A stretch of DNA of 64,000 nt, from contig JAQBGU010000012.1 in NCBI GenBank assembly GCA_032128375.1, positions 32,001-96,000 on the forward strand. Direction: 5' to 3'. The position numbers and the translations under genes are program-made. Of the stretch, positions 56,643 through 64,000 are shown one piece after another (position 1 is the first letter of the stretch; every line of letters begins with the position of its first letter). The notes beneath the pieces were generated by a model. The model saw only the letters and a program-made list of their open reading frames with translations, had not been told where the DNA came from and made no database searches. The DNA comes from Deltaproteobacteria bacterium. GTDB taxonomy: Bacteria > Myxococcota_A > UBA9160 > SMWR01.

Positions 56643-58544
56643 CTACACAAGATACGCCGCGACCACGCGGTAGGTCACGAAGCTCGATCCGTACGCGAGC
56701 ACCAGCAAGTATCCGAACGCGAATGCGGGCCAGCGCCACGAGTTTGTCTCGCGTTTCATGATCGCCAGTGTCGACATACACTGCAGTGCGAACACGAAGA
56801 AGACGAGCAACGCCGCGACCATCGGCGGATCGAAGACTTTCTTACCAGTTCGGGGGTCCGTATCGGCTCGGATCGCGGCGCGCAGTGATGTCTCCCCGTC
56901 GGTAGCCGCGTAGATCTGGGCGAGCGTCGCAACGATGACCTCGCGGGCAGCCAGGCTGGCGATGAGCCCGACGCCGATTTTCCAGTCGAAACCGAGTGGA
57001 GCGATCAAGGGTTCCAGGGCTCGACCCGCAGTCCCCGCAAAGCTGTGCTCCAGCGCATAGCGGCTGGCCTCCTCGGGGCTTACATCGGCGGGCATCTCGG
57101 TCCGGGGGAAATTGAGCAACACCCACAGCACAATCGATGTGCCCAGAATGATCGTGCCGGCCCTTCGCAAGAAGGTCCACGCACTGGTCCACACCTGTGT
57201 CGCCCAGAGTCTCGCCGTCGGGATCCGATACGGTGGGAGTTCCATATAGAAGGGCATCGCGTCGGCGCGCAGCAGTGTCCGGGTCAGCACTGCGGCGACT
57301 GCCAGCGCCGTCACCGTGCCGAAGAGGTACAGGCCGAGCAGAACGAGCCCTTGCAGTCCCAACGGCCCGATCACCCGCTGTGCCGGAACGAAAGCACCGA
57401 TCAGCAGCGCATAGACGGGAAGCCGCGCAGAGCAAGTCATCAGTGGCGCCACCAGGATGGTCACGAGTCGATGCCGCGGCGATGGGATGGTGCGCGTCGC
57501 CATGATGCCCGGCACCGCACAGGCATACGAAGATAGAAGTGAGATGAAGGCTCGCCCCTCGAGACCGACGCGTCCCATCACCCGATCGATCAAGAACGCT
57601 GCCCGCGCCATATAACCGATGTCTTCGAGCAGATACAGCAGCGAAAACAACAGCACGATCTGCGGCAGGAAGATCACGACCGAACCGACTCCGGCCACCA
57701 TTCCATCGGCGACGAAGTCGGCCAGTAGTCCTGGCGGCAGATTTGCGTGGACCGCCGCTGCGATTGCCACCACGCCAACATCGACCATATCCATCGCGGG
57801 TTGCGCGAATGCGAAGATCAGTTGAAAAAAAGTCACCATCACTACGGCGAACAGCAGCAAGCCGCCGACCGGGTGGAGTACCAAACGATCGATCGCATTG
57901 CTGACCCCGCTCATTCGAGGCCGCTGGGTAAGGACCGCCGCCACGACGGAATCGACCCAGCCGGCTCGCTCCTGCGCACCCTTGGGAGGCAGCAGGTGGG
58001 GACGGCTCCAATTTTCGGGCCGCGATAGCAACTCCCGAAGAGAATTGACGCCAATCCCCTTGTGGCCCACCACCCCGATTACCGGGATTCCGAGCGCCGC
58101 TTCGAGCTGCTCGAAGTTCAGCGAGCCGCCTCGCGCGCGCAGCTCATCGGTCATTGTCAAAACCAGGCAGGTCGGTGTTTCGCGTTGAAGCACCTGGGCC
58201 ACCATCAACAGCGAGCGCTCGAGCGTGCAGGAATCGGCGACTACAACCAGCGCCTCGGGTCGGTTGCCCAACTCGCCCTCGAGCACGCGGATCACGACCT
58301 CTTCGTCTGGGCTGATGGGGTCCAGACTGTAGGTGCCCGGCAAATCGACAATCCGCGTGTGCCGACCCGCGAGTTCGATTTGGCCCTCGCGTCGCTCCAC
58401 GGTCACGCCGGGATAATTTCCGACTCGCGCTCGCAGTCCGGTGAGCGCATTGAACAGCGTGGTCTTGCCCGAGTTCGGGCTACCGACCAGCCCGAGCGTC
58501 AGGGTCTCCGGGAAAGCACGCATTGTGGCCGCGTCCGAACTCAC
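56643..58544 (-). CDS. feoB: Ferrous iron transporter B
   Basis: GSPNSGKTTLFNALTG, NYPGVTVE, DLPG, CSARLPVY, FYMELPPY. Confidence 0.96.
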   Translation of the reverse strand: MSSDAATMRAFPETLTLGLVGSPNSGKTTLFNALTGLRARVGNYPGVTVERREGQIELAGRHTRIVDLPGTYSLDPISPDEEVVIRVLEGELGNRPEALVVVADSCTLERSLLMVAQVLQRETPTCLVLTMTDELRARGGSLNFEQLEAALGIPVIGVVGHKGIGVNSLRELLSRPENWSRPHLLPPKGAQERAGWVDSVVAAVLTQRPRMSGVSNAIDRLVLHPVGGLLLFAVVMVTFFQLIFAFAQPAMDMVDVGVVAIAAAVHANLPPGLLADFVADGMVAGVGSVVIFLPQIVLLFSLLYLLEDIGYMARAAFLIDRVMGRVGLEGRAFISLLSSYACAVPGIMATRTIPSPRHRLVTILVAPLMTCSARLPVYALLIGAFVPAQRVIGPLGLQGLVLLGLYLFGTVTALAVAAVLTRTLLRADAMPFYMELPPYRIPTARLWATQVWTSAWTFLRRAGTIILGTSIVLWVLLNFPRTEMPADVSPEEASRYALEHSFAGTAGRALEPLIAPLGFDWKIGVGLIASLAAREVIVATLAQIYAATDGETSLRAAIRADTDPRTGKKVFDPPMVAALLVFFVFALQCMSTLAIMKRETNSWRWPAFAFGYLLVLAYGSSFVTYRVVAAYLV

Positions 58545-58843
58545 TCCACAAGCACGCGAATGCTATCGGCTTCGCGCTTCCGAAGGCACAAATTACAGCC
58601 TCGCAGTTCGAATTGGAGCGGATCTCCCAATGGTGCGCGGCGAACCAGCCGGATGCTGGTACCAGGTAGAAAGCCGAGGTCCAGTAGACGCCGACCCTGC
58701 GCCGCGTCCGTGTCGACCGATACGATCACCGCAGATTGATCCGCTGCGACTTCAGACAGCCGCAATAGTGAACTCGGACCGGCATCCAGTTCGGCAGCAT
58801 CGGCGCGGACGCGCAACGGAGACTTCGGGGATTCGGGCTTCAT
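58541..58843 (-). CDS. feoA: Ferrous iron transport protein A
   Basis: RRLLDLGFLPG, APLGDP, LRKREA. Confidence 0.93.
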   Translation of the reverse strand: MKPESPKSPLRVRADAAELDAGPSSLLRLSEVAADQSAVIVSVDTDAAQGRRLLDLGFLPGTSIRLVRRAPLGDPLQFELRGCNLCLRKREADSIRVLVE

Positions 58844-58904
58844 CCGCGCGTTCCTGGCCTGGGGTGACGGATTCCAGAGATACTGAGAAGCCGCAACTCT
58901 TCAG

Positions 58905-58933
58905 ATATTGAAAACGAATGTCATTTTCGTCAA
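58905..58933 (-). promoter_or_regulatory. feoAB promoter with Fur-like box
   Basis: Minus-strand TTGACG-17 nt-CAATAT overlapping TGAAAACGAATGTCA (TGA-N9-TCA, AT-rich). Confidence 0.6.
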
Positions 58934-59029
58934 GTCAGCCTAGCCGCTGCAAGCGACCGTCGCCAATAGGGAATCATTCAGCTAAGGAAAGTGCCACGCG
59001 CTGTCATCAATCTATGCGAACGCGCTCTC

Positions 59030-60034
59030 TTATTCGTTCTCACTCTTTAGTTGGCGGTTCATCAGACTCTCTGCGCCCTCCTTTGCGCTGACGGTACCCT
59101 CGATCAGATCGCGAACCATTTCAGCGATCGGCATCTCTACGCCGTGTTTGATAGCCAACTTGCTGACAGCCTCGGTGGTGCGAATTCCCTCCGCAACCTC
59201 GTTCATTCCACTGACGATGTCGTCGAGTTTTTGTCCCTCGCCGAGCGCCAGACCCACCCTACGGTTGCGCGACAGGTCTCCGGTACAAGTCAGCACCAAG
59301 TCCCCCATTCCGGATAGACCCAAAAACGTCATCGGATCCGCACCCATCGCCGTCGCCAACCGCGTTATCTCGCGCAGTCCGCGCGTCATGACCGCCGCCC
59401 GGGCATTCAACCCATAGCCCAGGCCATCGCAGATTCCGACCGCGATCGCGATCACGTTCTTCAAGGCTCCACCGAGTTCGACGCCGATCACATCGGTCGC
59501 CGTGTAGCAGCGAAACGACGCGCTAGACAACGACTGCTGTACCGAAATCGCATACGCCTCCTGTTTACATGCGACGGTAACCGCAGATGGCCGACCGCGG
59601 GCGATCTCGTGCGCGAACGCGGGCCCCGACAAGAACGTCAAGCGCGGGTGGTGAACAGGGTCGAGAACGTCCCGAAGGACCTCATCCATTCGCATGCAGG
59701 TATCGGTCTCGATGCCCTTCACCGTTGAAACAAAGATGCACTGCTCCGGAAGATTCGGAGCAGCCGCGGTCATTACGTCCCGGACGCCATGACTCGGTAC
59801 GGCGCAAATCACCAGTTCGCGATCCGCGAGTGCGTCCTCGAGGTCTGAGGTGGCGCGCACACGGGGGGGAATCTCGAACTCGGACAGAAATCGAGGGTTT
59901 TTTCGGTCCCGATTGATGGTTTCTGCGAGGTCCGCGTCGCGCGCCCAGATAGTCACATCGTGCTCTCTCGCACACAACAGCGCGAGACAGGTTCCGAAAC
60001 TTCCGGCTCCGAGCACTGCGACCGGGATAGCCAC
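59030..60034 (-). CDS. gpsA: NAD(P)H-dependent glycerol-3-phosphate dehydrogenase
   Basis: GAGSFGT, AVPS, KGIE, LSGP, GGALKNVIA, GDLVLTC, SRN. Confidence 0.96.
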   Translation of the reverse strand: MAIPVAVLGAGSFGTCLALLCAREHDVTIWARDADLAETINRDRKNPRFLSEFEIPPRVRATSDLEDALADRELVICAVPSHGVRDVMTAAAPNLPEQCIFVSTVKGIETDTCMRMDEVLRDVLDPVHHPRLTFLSGPAFAHEIARGRPSAVTVACKQEAYAISVQQSLSSASFRCYTATDVIGVELGGALKNVIAIAVGICDGLGYGLNARAAVMTRGLREITRLATAMGADPMTFLGLSGMGDLVLTCTGDLSRNRRVGLALGEGQKLDDIVSGMNEVAEGIRTTEAVSKLAIKHGVEMPIAEMVRDLIEGTVSAKEGAESLMNRQLKSENE

Positions 60035-60107
60035 ACCGTCATTGTATCACCGGTCGGCGAGACTCCGTTGCCCGCACGGAACTGCCCAAAACGGAAACGT
60101 GATTTTG

Positions 60108-60136
60108 TTGACGCTCAGGGGGTGTCCCGTTACCCT
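60108..60136 (+). promoter_or_regulatory. Putative sigma-70 promoter of the nuo operon
   Basis: TTGACG-17 nt-TACCCT. Confidence 0.45.
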
Positions 60137-60302
60137 CGCCGCGGTTTTCGTAAGTGGTTCGGGCAGTTCCCCCCTGTACCGTTCATCAACAACCGTTTTT
60201 CAACCATCGCTTCGTTCGATCGATTTCTCACAATCGCTTCGATGCATTCGTTCGCACGAACGTATTGTACGACCGTTTCGACAACACCGGAGGACGCGAC
60301 CG

Positions 60303-60656
60303 ATGCTCGCCGAGTTCAATGGCGTACTTGTGATTCTCGTCATTGGATTGGTGATCGTCAGTGCGATGCTCGGCATCCACTTATTGCTCGGACCTAGCCG
60401 CAAGTTCGACGAGAAACTCGAACCGTTCGAATGTGGTGAGAGCCCAATCGTTTCTCCCCGACAGCGCTATGCGGTGAAGTTCTATATGGTCGCGATCCTG
60501 TTCGTCGTGTTCGATGTCGAAGCGATCTTTTTCTATCCCTGGGGCGCGATCTTTCGAGAACTCGATTGGTTCGGCTTCGTCGCGATGGCGGTGTTCACCG
60601 TGCCGCTGGCGGTCGGGCTCGTCTACGAATGGATGAAGGGCGGGCTCGAGTGGTGA
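60303..60656 (+). CDS. nuoA: NADH-quinone oxidoreductase subunit A
   Basis: PFECG, FYMVAILFVVFDVE, YEWMKGGLEW; GGAGG RBS. Confidence 0.95.
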   Translation: MLAEFNGVLVILVIGLVIVSAMLGIHLLLGPSRKFDEKLEPFECGESPIVSPRQRYAVKFYMVAILFVVFDVEAIFFYPWGAIFRELDWFGFVAMAVFTVPLAVGLVYEWMKGGLEW

Positions 60657-61120
60657 TTTCAGAACCGATTCGGTCCGAGATCGACGCAGAGATCGCGAAG
60701 TTTCCGCATGCGCGTGGCGCATTGCTGCGCGCGCTGCACCTCGTTCAGGGCGAACATGGATACGTTTCGATCGATTGCGCGCGCGAATTGGCGGAGATTT
60801 TCGAGATGCGTCCGATCGAAGTGATGGAAGTCGTGACTTTCTACAACATGTTCTTCGACAAGCCGCAGGCGAAGCATCACGTCTACGTGTGTACGAACCT
60901 GCCTTGTTCGCTTCGCGGGTCGCGCGTCCTGCTCAAGCAGCTGGAATCCCACCTGGGTATCCAAGCACCTGGCGAGACCGCAGACGGTCGCATTCATCTG
61001 GGACACGAGGAGTGCCTCGGCGCCTGCGCATACGCGCCGGTGATGCGAATCGATAGCCAGTATTTCGAGGATCTCGACGTTGAAAAAGCCAAGAGCATTC
61101 TCGATGGACTCGGCGAATAG
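60653..61120 (+). CDS. nuoE: NADH-quinone oxidoreductase subunit E
   Basis: VTFYNMF, VCTNLPC, ECLGAC..AP; GTGA overlap with nuoA. Confidence 0.93.
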   Translation: MISEPIRSEIDAEIAKFPHARGALLRALHLVQGEHGYVSIDCARELAEIFEMRPIEVMEVVTFYNMFFDKPQAKHHVYVCTNLPCSLRGSRVLLKQLESHLGIQAPGETADGRIHLGHEECLGACAYAPVMRIDSQYFEDLDVEKAKSILDGLGE

Positions 61121-61130
61121 GGGCTCGATC

Positions 61131-62426
61131 GTGCTCGCGTCTCCGTATGTGACCAGCTACCTCACCGAGCACTTCGCTAACGACGAGTTCACGACGCTCG
61201 ACGGATACGAACGGCTCGGCGGCTACGAGGCTGCGCGCAAGGCGCTCAAAGACATGGCCCCCGACGAACTGATCGAATTGATCAAGGGGTCGGGTCTGCA
61301 GGGGCGCGGCGGTGCAGGCTTTTCGATGGGGATGAAGTGGTCATTCATGCCCAAGGACACCGAACGACCCAAGTATCTGGTCTGCAATGCAGACGAGTCA
61401 GAGCCGGGATCGTTCAAGGATCGGATTATGTTGGAGCGCGGTGCGCACCAAATGCTCGAGGGCATCTTGATCGCGGCGTGGGCAACGGGGGCCTCCGCGA
61501 CCTTCATCTACATTCGCGGTGAATACAGCTTCCCGGCCGACTGCGTCGAGCGGGCGCTGGCTGAGGCGTATGGGAAGGGTTACTTCGGCGATAATGTGCT
61601 GGGCACCGGCTTTTCACACGATGTCCGAGTGACGCGCGGGGCCGGCGCATATATTTGCGGCGAAGAGACCGGCCTGCTCGAGTCACTCGAGGGGAAGAAG
61701 GGCCAGCCTCGCAAGAAGCCCCCGTTTCCAGCGCAGTTCGGCGCGTTTGGAATGCCGACCACGGTGAACAACGTCGAGACCTATTCGCACGTCCCGCACA
61801 TCGTCAACAATGGCCTCCATTGGTTCCGATCATTTGGAACCGAAAAGAGCCCGGGTACGACGGTTTTCGGCGTTTCCGGCCACGTCGTGCGGCCCGGTCT
61901 GTACGAATTGCCGCTCGGCACGCCGCTATCGGAGATCGTGTTCGAGCACGCCCGCGGTGTACCCGGCGGGCGCAAGGTGAAAGGCGTGATTCCCGGTGGC
62001 ATGTCGATGCCGATTCTGCCCGCGGGTCAGCTCGATGTACCTATGGCCAACGAATTTCTGCGCGAACAGAAAACGATGCTTGGCACCGGCGGCATCATGG
62101 TGATGGACGAGACGACCTGCATGGTACGCGTCGCGAGCATCATTTCCTACTTCTTTCGTGACGAATCCTGTGGTCAGTGTACCCAGTGTCGCGAGGGTAC
62201 CGGCTGGATGAACAAGATCGTCGAGCGCATCGAGCGCGGGGCGGGCGAGAAGAGTGACATCGATGTGTTGCTCGATGTTGCAGGGAAAATGGAGGCCTCG
62301 ACGATCTGTGCGTTCGCCGATGCCGCTGCCTGGCCGATCCAGGGATTGTTGCGTCACTTCAGCGAGGACTTTATCGCGCACATCGGCGAGCGCGGGTGTC
62401 CGTTTCCGGAGAGTTTCGAACTCTGA
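61131..62426 (+). CDS. nuoF: NADH-quinone oxidoreductase subunit F
   Basis: GRGGAGF, NADESEPG, GAGAYICGEET, NNVET, ESCGQCTQCREG. Confidence 0.96.
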   Translation: MLASPYVTSYLTEHFANDEFTTLDGYERLGGYEAARKALKDMAPDELIELIKGSGLQGRGGAGFSMGMKWSFMPKDTERPKYLVCNADESEPGSFKDRIMLERGAHQMLEGILIAAWATGASATFIYIRGEYSFPADCVERALAEAYGKGYFGDNVLGTGFSHDVRVTRGAGAYICGEETGLLESLEGKKGQPRKKPPFPAQFGAFGMPTTVNNVETYSHVPHIVNNGLHWFRSFGTEKSPGTTVFGVSGHVVRPGLYELPLGTPLSEIVFEHARGVPGGRKVKGVIPGGMSMPILPAGQLDVPMANEFLREQKTMLGTGGIMVMDETTCMVRVASIISYFFRDESCGQCTQCREGTGWMNKIVERIERGAGEKSDIDVLLDVAGKMEASTICAFADAAAWPIQGLLRHFSEDFIAHIGERGCPFPESFEL

Positions 62427-64000
62427 TGGCGAAAATCACTGTCGATGGCAGCGAGATCGAAGTAGAAGAGGGTCGTACGATCCTGCAAGCGCTCGACGAT
62501 GCCGGCTTGCTGATGAACGGTATCGACATACCACACTACTGCTGGCATCCGAAGCTCGCCGTCGATGGTTCATGCCGGCTGTGTCAGGTCGAAGTCGAGG
62601 GAATCCCGAAGCTCCAAATCGCGTGTGATACGCCGGTTCGGGACGGAATGGTGGTGACAACAGCCAACGAGCGCGTGAAACTCGCCCGCCAGGGCGTGAT
62701 GGAACTGCTGCTCATCAACCATCCGCTCGACTGCCCGATCTGCGACCAGGCTGGCGAGTGCAAGCTTCAGGACTACTCGTACGAGTACGGTGTGGATGCG
62801 TCGCGCACCAAGGAGCCCCGCCGGGCATTGAAAAAGCGCGTCGAACTCGGGCCGACGATCGTTTTCGACCAGGAGCGCTGCATTCTGTGCCGCCGCTGTG
62901 TGCGTTTCTGTCGCGAGATTTCGAAGACCGGAGAGCTTGCGGTATTCAATCGGGGCGACCACTCGGTGATCGAGACATTCCCGGGTGATCAACTCGACAA
63001 CGACTACTCGATGAACGTCGCAGATATCTGTCCAGTCGGCGCGCTGACCACGAAGGATTTTCGCTTCAAGATCCGGGTCTGGTTCCTCGAGGATGTCCCA
63101 GGGATCTGCACCGGCTGCTCGGCGGGGTGCAACATCCATCTCGGGGTCGCCAACAACAAGGTTTATCGCTATCAGCCGCGGCGTAACGACAACGTCAACG
63201 ACACTTGGATCTGCGACAAGGGTCGCATGAGCTACCGGGAAATCGGCTCGGCGGATCGACTCGATCGTTGCGTGGTCCGCAGCGAGGCGGGCCGACTCGA
63301 GACGACGAGCCTGGCCAGCGCGGTCGAAGCCGCGGCCGCCCGGCTCGCGAAGCTGGTCCAGTCGAAGGGCGCGGGCGTGATCGCTGGGATCGCATCGGCG
63401 CACGCGACCAACGAAGATCTGTTCACCTTCCGCCGCTTTCTGGCTGTACTGGGCTCGGAGACCTTTGGCGTTGCGGTCATTCGCGGAGATTCAGATGACA
63501 TCCTGATTCGCGAAGAGAAGGCGGCCAACGCGACGGGGGCACGGGCGATCGGTTTTGCCGATGCGAAGAGTGTGGTCGATCGAATCGCGAGCGGCGGCGT
63601 GGATGCCGTTGTGATTCTGGGTCACGACGCGCTGCACGAGAGTCTTCTGGGCGAAGCCGAACGTTTGAGTGGGTTGGACACAGTCATCGTCCTCGACACC
63701 CACGTTTCGAAGCTCCAGCACGTCGCGCACGTGATGTTCCCGGTGCGACACGCTGCCGAAAAGCACGGCACGCTGGTCAACGGCGATGGTCGCGCGCAGC
63801 GCGTACAGCCGGCAGTCGAGCCCGCATGGGAGGCGTACAGCGAAGGTGAAGTGCTGTGCCTGATCGGCGCCGCTATGCGCCTCGACGGATTCGATGGTCG
63901 ATTCGATGTGCGCGAGGTTTCCCGAAAGCTCGCCAGCGACAATCCCGCTTTCGCGGGGATCGACCTGGACTCGGTGGGCGATGGGGGTCTCGCCATCGCG
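62426..64000 (+). CDS. nuoG: NADH-quinone oxidoreductase subunit G (runs off window)
   Basis: ATG 62426: IPHYCWHPKL..GSCRLC, NHPLDCPICDQAGECKLQD, RCILCRRCVRFC, ICPVGAL, CTGCSAGC. Confidence 0.94.
   Translation, partial: MAKITVDGSEIEVEEGRTILQALDDAGLLMNGIDIPHYCWHPKLAVDGSCRLCQVEVEGIPKLQIACDTPVRDGMVVTTANERVKLARQGVMELLLINHPLDCPICDQAGECKLQDYSYEYGVDASRTKEPRRALKKRVELGPTIVFDQERCILCRRCVRFCREISKTGELAVFNRGDHSVIETFPGDQLDNDYSMNVADICPVGALTTKDFRFKIRVWFLEDVPGICTGCSAGCNIHLGVANNKVYRYQPRRNDNVNDTWICDKGRMSYREIGSADRLDRCVVRSEAGRLETTSLASAVEAAAARLAKLVQSKGAGVIAGIASAHATNEDLFTFRRFLAVLGSETFGVAVIRGDSDDILIREEKAANATGARAIGFADAKSVVDRIASGGVDAVVILGHDALHESLLGEAERLSGLDTVIVLDTHVSKLQHVAHVMFPVRHAAEKHGTLVNGDGRAQRVQPAVEPAWEAYSEGEVLCLIGAAMRLDGFDGRFDVREVSRKLASDNPAFAGIDLDSVGDGGLAIA

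Noticed and set aside
60190..60270. Structured RNA in the nuoA leader (atcgcttcg x2, ttcgttcg x2)
   Set aside because: The repeats are short and fit the genome-wide slippage pattern; no convincing stem or known motif

Overview
GC-rich bacterial chromosomal window with dense coding and about 55 genes. The gene content (Cys-rich 'EVCD..DNNCDG..DE' repeats, ExeA/ExeB pair, nuoA-E-F-G order, LLM, acyl-CoA and VOC enzymes) suggests a Myxococcota/deltaproteobacterial-type organism; this is inference. Most genes are housekeeping or metabolic: rlmE, rnhA, tgt, pyrE, leuA with a leucine attenuator, type II pantothenate kinase, PBP1A, gshB, ogt, metB, feoAB, gpsA and nuoAEFG. I saw no rRNA, tRNA, CRISPR array, integrase or transposase. 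The best candidate for an undescribed system is 14.2-21.1 kb. It holds two paralogous alkaline-phosphatase-superfamily (NPP-like) enzymes predicted on opposite sides of the inner membrane and two small unrelated proteins (one lipoprotein, one cytoplasmic) that both end in L-[RK]-x-L-G-Y-I-x. It also holds a 3-TM protein with Oxa1/EMC3/DUF106-like architecture and a PAPS-type sulfotransferase, and it sits next to a 1500-aa PEP-CTERM surface protein. Other points: an unlisted 42-aa basic ORF before tgt, a histone-H1-like gene split by a frameshift in a G6 run, tandem Get3/ArsA-HSP20 ATPases, two pseudogenes (TauD, amidase) and many short tandem duplications. All family calls come from motif recognition by eye; no database searches were run.
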